Below are positions 13,681-30,700 of a DNA stretch of 64,000 nucleotides, piece after piece. A model generated the notes under the pieces. It was given only the letters and a program-made list of their open reading frames with translations. It made no database searches and was not told where the DNA came from. Origin of the DNA: the human T2T-CHM13v2.0 reference genome, Homo sapiens; assembly GCF_009914755.1 (NCBI RefSeq), contig NC_060926.1, one strand, 5' to 3'. Position 1 is the stretch's first letter, and each line of letters opens with the position of its first letter. A program made the position numbers and the translations under genes.

Positions 13681-14744
13681 CTTCTTAGAAATCATGTGAT
13701 AGATGAGAAGATCAAGGTCTGGAGAAGAAAAGTAAGTTGTCTGAGATGACACAACCAGCTCTAATTGGTGGCAAAGCTGCGCCTATAACTCACCTGCGCT
13801 TTTCACACCCTGCAGTACGTGACCACTGCCGAAATGAAGAGGCAGCGGTGTGCCCCCTCCCACCTTCTGAGTGGCTCAGGCACAATCAGTGTTGAGTTGG
13901 CATGAAATGAGAACTTAAACTCACCATGCCACTTTAAGAAGAACATGCAGAAGGCAGGCAGAAGTGACCTTGGAGAACAGTATCTGAGCCAGAAGGCAGG
14001 AGGTCAGCAGGGGAGTCTTGAGTGGGAAACTCAAGGGTAGCCTGACTGTCCTTGTCGCAGGTTTAGCTGGGCACTGTTAGTTCCCCCCTTTGTCAGTTTG
14101 TGGGAATCTGGGCATCAGGGATCTGTTTCAGCCCTTCACATTTGTATTTGGGTGTGCTCAGCTTAAAACGATAGCAGCCTGCAGGAGCTCAGCTCTGCCT
14201 CCATTTATGGAGGGAAGAGAAACGAAGGAATGCTCCTTGGGGTGGTGTTGGGGAGCAGCTACATGGGAAAATGAAGGGTGCAACACCAGTAAAAAGGTGC
14301 TCCCAGGACTCCCTCCCACCAGCACTCGGACCAAGGAAGAAGCATTTAATTTCAGCCAGATTTCTAGATGGTCGCTTTTATTTGTTTTCATCTGAATTTG
14401 TGCCAAGGATTCAACTTTTCCCGCTTATTTTATTAAAAACTTTATACACAGCATTAATAAATAGATATAAACTGCCATATACATGACAAACAGAGGGGCT
14501 AAATGAAATTCCCAAGGGTCAGCTGTTGAATAAGTAACAAAAGCACATCTTGGCATGAACAAATTCCCATATATTCAAATTAGGGACAGTGCTTTACCAC
14601 AGGGTGTTTTAATTAATATTTATAAATCACAGAGTGCCTTTGAAAGGGCCAGTAAGCTGTTTATATTGTTATCATGTCACACAAATAACAAACCCTTTGG
14701 AGATTGCTGCCTACTTTGCATTTTGGTCTGAGAAGTAAGTGAGC

Positions 14745-15191
14745 ATGTTGCGTGTGTTTCTCTCCCTCGTAGGTGTGGTGTCAGCACAGCGGCAGGTCAC
14801 CGTTAAGGAAGGACCCTTGTACCGCACGGAGGGCTCCCACATCACTATCTGGTGCAATGTGAGTGGCTCCCAGGGACCTCCTGAGCAGAATTTCCAGTGG
14901 TCCATTTACCTGCCTTCGTCGCCAGAGCGAGAGGTGCAGATCGTCAGCACCATGGACCCTTCCTTCCCCTATGCCATCTACACCCAGCGCGTCCGCGGAG
15001 GGAAGATCTTCATAGAAAGAGTCCAGGGGAACCCAACCCTATTGAACATCACAGATCTTCAGGCCCGGGATGCCGGAGAATATGAATGCCACACACCCAG
15101 CACCGATAAGCAATACTTTGGGAGTTACAGTGCAAAGATGAACCTAGTGGGTAAGGAGAAGGTGTCTTCACGTTGCCAGCGTCTGGCCTGA
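14745..15191 (+). CDS. Candidate 148-aa ORF: signal-like leader + Ig-V + donor read-through (translation unproven)
   Basis: In-frame ATG at 14745 with A at -3; MLRVFLSLVGVVSA leader; TGA at 15189-15191. Confidence 0.2.
   Translation: MLRVFLSLVGVVSAQRQVTVKEGPLYRTEGSHITIWCNVSGSQGPPEQNFQWSIYLPSSPEREVQIVSTMDPSFPYAIYTQRVRGGKIFIERVQGNPTLLNITDLQARDAGEYECHTPSTDKQYFGSYSAKMNLVGKEKVSSRCQRLA
14773..15150 (+). pseudogene. IGSF3: Isolated duplicated IGSF3 exon encoding Ig-V domain 1 (378 bp, phase 1-1, open frame)
   Basis: Acceptor tttctctccctcgtag and donor g|gtaagg. Translation GVVSAQRQVTVKEGPLYRTEGSHITIWC...DAGEYECHTPSTDKQYFGSYSAKMNLV matches recalled IGSF3 with about 6 substitutions. No other IGSF3 exon found in the window. 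Confidence 0.93.
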
Positions 15192-15890
15192 CTCAGTTCT
15201 TTAGTAGTGTAATTTTGCTTTATGCCATGCATTTGACTTTAAAAAAAATCCCAAAACTCCCAACATATTTTAGGGGTCAACAGATAGCACAAGGAAACTA
15301 AATTTCTGTGTTCACTTCTAAATAATAGGTGGTTGAGGGTGAAACTTTAAAAAGATCTAATGCAGATGTTAAGAATTTCATAAGTTAACTAACCCTGTAA
15401 CTGGTGAAAAGGGATATGAAAATATAAGGCAAGGACGTTTGTGGCTGATGATCTGAATGACAAGGAAGATGAGACGTATGACATCAGTTGGAAGAGAGGA
15501 GAAACCTCTCGGAAGGATAGGCCTTTGGGTAGCTCTGAGACCCACGGGGCACTGCTGAAGCAGGAAGCACATGTGGCTGCGGGTCCTTGCTCAGACCTTG
15601 TACATTGAAGGTCCTTTGGCTCCATGCGTAAGGAACTATGAACTGGCTGTCTCCCTTGTTGCTCCTTAATGCTGAAGGGAACATGAGGAAGAGGGATGCA
15701 GGAGCTTCCAGTGTGGGCAGCACTGGTCACAGTGTTTGCCAGTGTCAAAGGGTTAACCGTATCAAGGCTGTTCTGTTTTTCTGCCTATCTTAATGTGCAG
15801 TTTTTATTATCACAACTAAGCAGTGGGTGTTGCTAGTTCTTTTATTAATACACATACTATCATTTGTTTATTTTTCCTTTCTCTAACTAG

Positions 15891-16115
<225 letters not shown>

Positions 16116-16467
16116 TAATTTCTTCTTCTCATGTCTCCAATTTTTAAAAATTGTCTCTAGTCCCTTTGAAAATACATATTTTATAGTGTCTATCTAGTGG
16201 TTCTAGATAGACATCTAATCCCATTCTTTGTTGTATCTGTTAATTTTGCTTATGGGATATTTCTTCTTATTTTAAGTTCAGATTCACTTGGCTTTACCTT
16301 TGAGACTTTATGCAGTCTGGGATCAGGAGTGTCTATTAGAGATTTTTTGAATTAGCATCTACTAAGTGTTCTAGGAATACTTCTATGCACGGACACTTTT
16401 ATGGTAGGTTTAGAACTTTGGGATCCCTAACCTGTGCACATAATGTAATTTGAGCCCTACACATTAG

Positions 16468-16912
<445 letters not shown>

Positions 16913-17633
16913 TGGTCCATTATTGTAGTAAGAGTTTAGCCCTCCAAGGCTTCCAATTTTGCAGGATGACAATAATCAGAGGGGAAGAGGAAAGAAACTT
17001 TGTTCTAACTTTCTGCCTGGAGTGAGTCAAAATCCTCCTCTTCTACCCTGGCAAATTCTGTACAGCCAGAAAGGGGTCATAGCTAAAAAATTCATGTAAG
17101 CTGTTTTAAGAATATTAAAAGCATTATCAATTATGATTCATAGCAAATAAAGGTAGCCATTTAATTAGCAAATGGAAATTTACCATGTTATTGTCTGTCC
17201 TTTACAGAAACCTATGGATTCCTCAGTGAGTAGCACCTAGTTGCCAGAAACAAGATGTCTAGTAACTTATACCTACTCATCTTAATCTCCGTCTACCTCC
17301 TACACATAATCTAAGATACTTTATATTTATTCCCACAAAATCTAGGTTCATTTCTTCTCGCCATTACCTCCTATAATATATTTATGCCAAATATCAGTTG
17401 AATTATCCTTTCAATAAAAAGATTTAGCAGGTTCCTGTTAAAAGATTTGGCACCTTGACACTGTGATCTTCAATAAGGTTGTGTATTCTTATCACAGCCA
17501 ATCATCCTCTTATTTTGCATCCTGATGAAAAAGCTATTTTAACATATAAAATGAAGTAAATCTCATCATATTGCCATGATGTTTTTAACTATCATATATT
17601 ATAAGTTATCATTTTCAAGAGTTCACATATAGG

Positions 17634-17944
17634 TTTTTTTTTTATTTTTTTATTTTTTTATTGAGACTGATTCTCACTCTGTCACCCAGGCTGGAGTGCA
17701 GTGGCACAACCTTGGCTTACTGCAACCTCCACCTCCTGGGTTCAAGCAATTATCCTGACTCAGCCTCCCATGTAGCTGGGATTACAGGCACGCACCACCA
17801 CACCTGGCTAATTTTTGCATTTTTAGTAGAGACGGGATTTCACTGTGTTGGCCAGGCTGGTCTCAAACTCCTGACCTCATGTGATCCAGCCACCTCAGCC
17901 TCCCAAAGTGCTGGGATTAAGGCGTGAGCCACTGCACCTGGCCC
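17634..17944 (-). mobile_element. Alu (S-like)
   Basis: Full antisense dimer. Confidence 0.92.
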
Positions 17945-18193
17945 ACATATAGTTTTTAAATATTTTTAAAGTGAAAACACTTTGTTTAAAACCTACTTCA
18001 TAAATTGACAGGTTATTTGGAATATATGTTAAGCAGATATCTCTTTCACCACACCAGTAAGCAATGTTGATCTATACCATGTATCATTTTATAGAATTGG
18101 CTATTAGTATATATGATAAAAGAGAATTGATCCTTTGTTTGTATACATCTATGTGTATGTAGATATATAGCTGTACACTTTTTTGTATTTCAG

Positions 18194-18364
18194 GAGTTAC
18201 ACTCTTTGTGATATGGTATATGACCTGGTCAATCTTAGGCTCTGAAGCTCTCCCTGGTGGAAATTTATTTGGATTGTTAATTATTTTTTATAGTGCCATT
18301 ATTGGGGGAAAAATTTTACAACTCATTAGAATACCTTTAGTGCCTCCACTTCCACCTCTTCTTG
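18194..18364 (+). pseudogene. SLC9B1: SLC9B1-like exon A (about exon 4), open
   Basis: tttcag|GVTLFVIWYMTWSILGSEALPGGNLFGLLIIFYSAIIGGKILQLIRIPLVPPLPPLL|gtaagt. Confidence 0.95.
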
Positions 18365-18659
18365 GTAAGTATATAGTTAGCTCTCTTTTCTTTATTATTG
18401 TCTATATGCAAATTTTGAACACTTTCTGGTTGAATTAGTTATAATTCAGAAATATTTCATTGCAGTATGTTTTATATAGTTTCTTCATGTGTGTATTTAC
18501 TGTATGTGTGTGTGTGTGTGTGTGTACAGCTCCTTTATAGGGGCATTTATTTCTCTCTCTGTCTACATATATACACACACAAGTTTTATCCAAAATTTAT
18601 TTTTAAAATAAATTTAATATCCTTAGTACATTATTCCTGTTGCTTTATTGTTTAATAGA

Positions 18660-19263
18660 ATCTTTAAAAATTTTAGATTCATGGAGTACATGTGCAGGTT
18701 TGGTACATGGATATATTGCATAATGGTGAGATTTGGGCTCTAGTGAACCCATCACCAAACAGTGAATACTATACCCAATAGGTAATTTTTCAACCTTAAC
18801 CCTCCAAACCTCTCTCCTTTTGGACTCCTCAGTGTCTATTAGTTCCATCTTTATGTCCATATGTAACTATTGTTTAGCTCCCACATATAAGTGAGAACAT
18901 GTGGTATTTGAGTTTTCTGTTTCTGAGTTATTTCACTTAGGATAATGGTGTTCAGCTCTATCCATGTTGCTGCGAAGGACATGATGCCATTCTTTTTTAT
19001 GACTGCATAGTATTCCATGGTGTATATGTACCATATTTTCTTTATTTAGTCATTTAAGTTGATTCCATGTCTTTTTATTGTGAATAGTGCCACAATGAAC
19101 GTATGTGTGTATATGTCTTTATGGAAGAATGATTCACATGTTGAACCATCCTTGTATTTCTGGAGTAAAACCCACTTAACTATATTATCTTTTTGATGTA
19201 CTATTGAATTCATTTTGCTGGTTGAGAATTTTTGCATCTATGTTCAACAGGGATATTGACCAG

Positions 19264-19310
<47 letters not shown>

Positions 19311-19405
19311 GCTTTGCCTGATTTGGGTATAATTGTGATACTAGATTCATAGAATGTGTTAGGGAGGGAGTCCCTCCTTGATTTTTTGGATTAAGTTTCA
19401 GTCAC
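18660..19405 (-). mobile_element. Old L1 3' end plus a second L1 fragment carrying (TG)n at 19266-19306
   Basis: gtacatgtgcaggtttgg...taagtgagaacatgtggtatttg L1 3'UTR motifs. Confidence 0.8.
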
Positions 19406-19445
19406 CTTTGATCCTGAACTAGTATTCTAGTGGATTGTACAATGA

Positions 19446-19975
19446 CCCTGAACTAGTGGATTGTACAATGAATAAATGAATGCATATAAATTATTGTAGA
19501 ATAAAATTTTGTTAAGTATATGATAACCATACAAATGCAAGACAATAAACAATGTGATATGAAAAGTCTCAGCCAGCCTACCATATTTGTGTTTGTTTTT
19601 GAACTGCATAGTGGGAGGAGGTGCTCCTTACAATTTTCACTTTGTAAACATTTATTCTTTGATTTTAACCATCACTGCTATAACCACCATCACTCGTGGA
19701 TTCACCAAAAATTAAGTAAAGAATTATCTTATTTGTTTTTATAAAACTTTGTAAAATGTATGTAGAGCTCACATTTATTTCATTGTTTAATACTAGAAGT
19801 GTTTTGGATCTTTATTTAGAAGTTTGGTGATGTTTTGTGACCAGAAATATGCTGTAGGAAATTGACTCTTGTTTATATCATTTATCCTATGCTAAAATTG
19901 GTTTTGTTATATACCATTTTACTCAAAGTTGCCATTTCCAATCACCTATCGACGATGTTAAGTGAGAACTTACTC
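19446..19975 (-). mobile_element. MER82 (Tigger family) DNA transposon, partial
   Basis: Ends cctatcgacgatgttaagtgagaacttact; internal agaagtttggtgatgttttgtgaccagaaatatgc. Confidence 0.78.
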
Positions 19976-19991
19976 TATTCAAATATATCTA

Positions 19992-20278
<287 letters not shown>

Positions 20279-20869
20279 TATATTCGGTACATTGTCAGTA
20301 GAGATAATCTCTACATCTTATCTCTGCTGTCCCTTCTGTATCCACAGTTTTCTTGCAGCACCTTCTAAGTATTTATTGAATCATTTTCCTCCTCTCCAAA
20401 CTTTCTCTTTTGCTCTAGCTTAGGCTATTTGTTTCCAACTTTTGCGTGGACTGTGGCAGAGCCTTCAATTTGGTCTCTGTCTCCAGTTTTGTCCCTAACT
20501 AATTCACCAAGACCCTCATATAAAAATCGCAAGACTCATTATGTTACTTCCTGCCTAAAACCTTCCCATGGTGCCTTACTTTGCCAAAGTGGGGGGAGAC
20601 CTTTCTATGATCTGTCCCACCAAGCTCATTCTCCTCCCTCCTTTCCTTGCCCTGTATGTTCCAGCAACGCTAAATTACTTGTTGAACCCCATTTAGGTGT
20701 ATTGTTTCTTATCGCCATTCCTTTATTCATGCTGCCTTCTCTACTTGCTTGTAACCTGCCCTTTACCAAAATAATGAGGGACATAGTGCATTAGAAAATA
20801 AAGTAAATATTTCTGTTTTCTTTCTCAGAAAAATGAACTGTCATGTATGTTTATTTTGTTTCTTTTAAG

Positions 20870-21012
20870 GGATGTAACTGGCTGGTTTTACAATTAGGAA
20901 TGTTCCATTCATCAGTGAACATGTCCATGTTCCTAACGCATGGTCTTCAATTTTAAGAAGCATTACCCTTAACATTATTCTAATACGAGCTGGGCTTGGA
21001 CTCGATCCACAG
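20870..21012 (+). pseudogene. SLC9B1: SLC9B1-like exon B (about exon 5), TAA at 20875
   Basis: taag|GM*LAGFTIRNVPFISEHVHVPNAWSSILRSITLNIILIRAGLGLDPQ|gtagat. Confidence 0.95.
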
Positions 21013-21142
21013 GTAGATTTACAATTACAAATCGAGTAAGGTTATTTCAAATATTAGAGGATGGTGAGAAAGAAAAAGAAGAAAAATTTCATTTACCTGT
21101 TCCAAGTGGAGTCTGTAAACAACCCTAAGATAAAGAAAAAAA

Positions 21143-21372
<230 letters not shown>

Positions 21373-22120
21373 TTATACAATTCTTTTTCTTTTTTTAGGG
21401 AGATTAAGGATTTCAGTAATTTTTTATGACGGTTTCTCTACAGGATTATGTTCCTGATTATCTTTGCATTATTGTAAAATCTAATCTTTTAAAGCATTTC
21501 TTAAAGTATTACATCCCAGGGATCATAAATCCCATCTATAAGAAGATGACTATTCATGAATATGACAGCCACTCAAATAAATGTGGCAAATGTGGTTTAA
21601 TAGAAATAGCTCAAGAGCATAAATAATTACAGCCAATGAGATTATATTCTCCAGTAGAAAGTATGAACCAAGGAGAAAATTGAAAAGTTCTCCCTTTTAA
21701 AAGAATTATGCAATTTTTAAGTTAGTTTCTTTGGCATGTTAGTATTGTATTTATACTTACTAAGTTAATCAAACAGTTCATATCAAAAAGTTAATGGGAA
21801 AACACTACTAGGACACTATTATTATACTATGTATTAGGAAAGTTCAGGAAGGTAGCATTAGCTATTTAATCACAGTAAAATTGATCTTTTAATAATTAAA
21901 ATACAATAATATTTTATGAAAGAAGAAATTGTTTATAATCCAACCTATGATGACACATAAAATATAATAGAGTTCGAAGTCCAGTGGGACAATCTGTTGA
22001 AATGAGATTTTGTTTAGTGAAAGCTTCTTAGGAAAAAAGACTTTATAGTCCAACATTTGTTAAAATAATTTTCTTGTTGGCCATTGTAAATGTATCAAAT
22101 GTGACTGTTTTGTGTTTCAG

Positions 22121-22248
22121 GCTTGGAGGCATTTGAAGGTGGTTTGTTTCAGATTGGCTGTAGGTCCATGCCTTATGGAGGCAAGTGCAGCTGCTGTTTC
22201 TTCCCACTTCATTATGAAATTTCCCTGGCAATGGGCAATTCTATTAGG
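22121..22248 (+). pseudogene. SLC9B1: SLC9B1-like exon C (about exon 6), open
   Basis: ttcag|AWRHLKVVCFRLAVGPCLMEASAAAVSSHFIMKFPWQWAILLG|gtaatt. Confidence 0.95.
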
Positions 22249-23038
22249 GTAATTTCTTTCTCATTTTTTCTTAAGAAAATATTCAATTAAGGATGCTTGG
22301 TTAAAACTGTTAAAATATTCAGAATATTGTATAGAAAAGCTCTATTAAAATTCATTTCACAGTGTTAAAATCCTTGGAAAGCAGTTGATTAAAAGCAGAG
22401 CATGTCCCAAATTGCACGAAATTTTTTTAACAAACATTCCTAGCCCCTAAATGTTTATCATCAAGAAAATTGACGTGATCAATTTATTCCTTTTCATCTG
22501 TATTATAACATATCTGTATGTTTTAATCTATCTAATGGCCTCTTCCTGATAGCTATATGTAAATACAGTTGCACATTTCGTATATATGTATGTGTATATA
22601 TATATATATTTGAGAAACATTTTATATAGACATAGGTGTATAAATATAAACTCTCCCATTTTAAAGAAAGCAAGCAAACAAAAACTCTTGCCGTATATCC
22701 AATGCCCCATCCATCTTTATCTACCATCCGTTTGTCTTATGTTTGAATTCCTCAAAATAAGTCTATAACTACTGTCTCTAGATCCTAACTCCTTTTCATT
22801 TCTTAATTCAGCAACTTTTGTCTCTGCTTATCCATTCCAGTGACACTCATAGCAAAGTTCATCCATTACATAGTTACTACAAAATCCAGTGAATTTTTAA
22901 ACTAATGTTTATGATAAAATGCTCAAAGGCACTTTTATTTTAAAAATTAGAACTTTATAAATAAAGGAGGAATGACCTTAAACTATGCCTTCAAATCATA
23001 ATGCCCATAACTCTACCCAAAGTGACAACTCTTAGGAG

Positions 23039-23478
23039 TTTTTTTCTTCTCCAATTTTTATTTTGGCTCAAGGGGTACATGAGCAGGCTTGTTATATGGA
23101 TAAATTGCATGTCACAGGGGTTTGGTATGCAGATTATTTTGTCACCCAGGTTGTAAGTGTAATACCCAATAGGTAGTTTTTCTATTCTCCCCCTCCTTCC
23201 ACCCTCCACCCTCAAATTCACCTAGTGACGATTGTTCCCTTCTTTCTGTCCATGTGTACTCAGTGTTTAGCTCCCACTTATAAGTGAGAATATGGGATAT
23301 TTGGTTTCCTGTTTCTGCGTTAATTCACTTTGCATAATGGCCTCAACTCCATCCACGTTGCTCCAAAGGACATGATCTCGTTCTTTCTTATGGCTGTGTA
23401 TTATTCTATGGTGTATATGTGACACATTTTCTTTATCCAGTTCACCATTGATGGGCATTTAGGTTGATCTCATGTCTT
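23039..23478 (-). mobile_element. L1 (PB/old PA-like) 3' end
   Basis: L1 3'UTR and ORF2 C-terminal motifs; interrupted by a second L1 tail. Confidence 0.85.
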
Positions 23479-26214
<2,736 letters not shown>

Positions 26215-29200
26215 TGACTTTTTAATAATAGCCATTCTGCCTCCTGTGAGGTTATCTCTCATTGCACTTTTGTTTTGAATTTCTCTAATGATTAGTGATG
26301 TTGAATATTTTTCCGTATACTTGTTGACTACGTGTTTGTCTTCTTTTGAGAATTGTCTTGTCCTGTCCTTTGCCCATTTAATGGGGTTGTTAGATTTTTG
26401 CTTGTTGATTTTTCTAAGTTCTTTTTGGATTCTGGATATTAGACTTTTGTCGAATGCATGGTTTGCAAATATTTTATCCCATTCCATAGGTTGTTTGTTG
26501 ATGATTTCTTTTGCTGTGCAGAAGCCCTTTAGTTTAACTAGGTCCCATTTGTCAATTTTTGTTTTTGTTGCAATTGTTTTTGGCATTTTTGTCATAATGT
26601 GTTTTCCAGAATTGAAATTTCCTCGGATATGTCCAGAATGGCCTGTATCCAGAATGGTATTTCTTAGGCTATCTTCCAGGGTTTTTATAGTTTTGGGTTT
26701 TACATTTAAGTCTTTAATCTACCTTGAGTTGATTTTTGTAAATGGTGAAACGTATGGAATCCAGTTTCAATTTTCTGCATACGGCTAGCCAGTTATCCCA
26801 GCACAATTTCCAAGTAGGGATTCCCTTCCCCATTGCTTGTTTTTGTCAAGTTTGTTGAAGAGTAGATGGCTAAAACTGTGCGGCTTTATTTCTGCGTTCT
26901 GTAACCTGTTCCACTGGTCTGTGTCTGTTTTTGAGTTCCTTATAGATTCTGGATATTAGTACTTTGCTGGATGCATAGTTTGTAAAGATTTTCTCCCACT
27001 CTATAGGTTGTCTTTTTACTCTGCTGATTATTTCTTTTGCTGAGCATAACCATGCTGTTTTGCTTACTGTAGCATTGTAGTACAGTTCGAAGTCAGGTAG
27101 TGTGACACTTTCGACTTTGTTCTTTTTGCTTAGGATTGCTTTGGCTATTCGGGCTTTTTTTTTTTTTTTTGGCTCCAAATGAATTTTAGAATGCTTTTTT
27201 TTTAATCCTGTGAAAAATGTCATTGATGGTATGATAGGAATAGCATTGACTCTGTAAATAGCCTTAGACAGTATGGCCATTTTAACAATATTGCTTCTTT
27301 TTATCTGTGATCATGGAATGTTTTCCTTTTGTTTCTGTTGTCCCTGATTCTTTGAGCACTCGTTTGTAATTTTAATTTTAGAGATTTTTCACCTCCCTGC
27401 TTAGCTGTATTACAAGGTATTTTGTAGTTTTTTTTTGTGGCTACTGTGAATGGGATTGCATTCTTGATTTGGCTGTCAGCTTGGAGGTTGTTGGTGTACA
27501 GAAATGCTACAGATTTTTGTACATTGATTTTTGTACCCTGAAACTTTGCTGAAGTCATTTGTCAGATCTGAGAGCTCTCGAGAGGCTACTATGGGGTTTT
27601 CTTGGTATAAAAGTGTTTCACCTATGAAGAGGCATAGTTTGACTTCCATTCTTCCTATTTAGATGTCTGTGTTTCTTTCTCTTGCCGAATTGCACTGGCT
27701 AGGACATCCAGCATTACCTTGAATAGGAGTAGTGAGAGTGGGCATCCTTGTCTTGTTCCAGTTCTCAAAGGGAATATTCCAGCTTTTTCCCATTCAGTAT
27801 GAAGTTGGCTGTGGGTTTGTCATAAAAGGCTCCAATTATTTTGAGGTATGTTCCTTCAGTAACTCATTTGTTGAGGGTTTATATCATGAATGGATGTTTT
27901 TATTTTTAGTTCTATTTTATGATTAATCACATTTATTGGTTTGTATATCTTGAACCAAACTTGTATCCCAGTGATAAAGCTCACTTGATCATAGTGGACT
28001 AGCTTTTTGATATGCTGCTGGATTCAGTTGGCTTGTATTTTGTTGAGGATTTTTGCATCTATGATAATCAGTGATAACTGTCCTGAAGTTTTCTTTTTTG
28101 TTGTGTCTCTGCCAGGTTTTCATATCTGAATGATGCTGACCTCATTAAATGAGTTAGGGAGGGATCCTTCATCCTCATTTTTTTGGAATAATTTCAGTAG
28201 CATTGGTACCAGCTCTTCTTTACACTTCCGGTAGAATTTGTCTGTGAATCTGTTGGGTCCTAGGCTTGCTTTTTTTTTTTTTTTTTTTTTGGCTCAGAGA
28301 CTTTTTATTACTCATTCAATTTCAGAACTCATTTTTGGTTTGTTCAGGATTTCAATTTCTTCCTAATTCAATCTTGGGAGGTTGTATGTTTCCAGAAATT
28401 TACCCATTTCTTGTAGGTGTTCTACTTTGTTTGCATAAACATGTTCATCATAGTCTCTGAGAGTTTTTTGTATTTCTGTGTGGTTGGCAGTAATGTCCAC
28501 TTTACCATTTCTGATTGTGTTTTTTGTATCTTCTCTTTTTTTTTTCTTATTGGTATAGCTAGTGACCTATCAAATTTATTTATTCTTTCGAAGAACCAGC
28601 TTTTAGTTTCATTTATCTTTTGTATGGCTTTTCATGACTCAATTTCATTCCATTCTGCTCTGATTTTGGTTATTTATTTTCTTCTGCTAGCTTTGGGTTT
28701 GTTTCCTCTTGTTTTTCTATTTCCTTTAGGTATGATATTAGGTTGTTAATTTAAGATCCTTCTAACTTTTCAATATGGGCATTTAGCATGATAATCTTTT
28801 CCCTTAACACTGCTTTGCCTGTGTCTTAGAGAGCCTAGAATGTTGTATCTTTGTTTTAATTAGTTTCAAAGAATTTATTGGTTTCTGCCTTAATTTCATT
28901 GTTTACCTAAAAGTCATTCAGGCACAGGTTGTTTAATTTCCATGTAATTGTATGGTTTTCCGAGTTCTTCTTAGTGTTGACTACTATTTTTGTTACACTG
29001 AGCGGTCCAAGAGTGTGGTTGGCATGATTTCAGGGGTTTCTTTTAATAAAATAATTTTAGACTGATAGTGTGATCAATTTTACAATATATGCCATGTACA
29101 GATGAGAGGAAGATATATTCTGTTGTTGGGTGGAGTGTTCTGTAGATGGCTGTTAGGTCCACTTAGCCAAGTGTTGACTTCAATTCCTGAATATCTTTGT

Positions 29201-29906
29201 TCATTTTCTGTCTATATGATCTGTCTAGTACCGTCAGTGAGATGTTGAAGTCTCCCACTATTATTCTGTGGTTATCTAAGTCTCTCTATAGGTCTCTATG
29301 AACTTGTTTTACGAATGTGAATGCTCCAGTTTTGAGCACATTTATATTTCCGACAGTTAAGTCTTCTTGTTGAATTGAATCCTTTATCATTATGTAGTGC
29401 CCTTCTTTGTCTTTTTGATTGTTGTTGGTTTAAAGTCTATTTTGTCTGAATTAGAATAACAATGCTTACCCTTTTTTGTTTTGCATTTGCTTGGTAGATT
29501 TTTTTCCATCCTTTTACTTCAAGCCAATGGGTATTGTTGCATATGAGCTGGGTCTCTTGACAACAGATAGAGTTGGGCTTTGCTTCTTTATCCAACTTGC
29601 CATTCTGTGAGTTTTAAGCGGGGCATTTATACTGTTTACATTCACAGTTAATATTGGTATTTACAGCTTTGGTCCTGCCATTATGTTGTTAGCTGGTTAT
29701 TATGCAGACTTGATTGTGTAGTTACTTTACAACGTCAATGGTCTATGTACTTAAATGTATTTTTGTGGTGGCCATTAACAGTCTTTCACTTCCACGCTTA
29801 GCACTCCCTTAAGGACCTCTTGTAAGGCATGTCTGGTGGTAACAGATTCCGTTAGCATTTGTTTGTCTGAAAAGGATCTTACTTCTCCTTCACATATGAA
29901 CTTTAG

Positions 29907-30232
<326 letters not shown>

Positions 30233-30261
30233 AAGTATTTTTTTTTTTTAAGAATGCTGAA

Positions 30262-30700
<439 letters not shown>

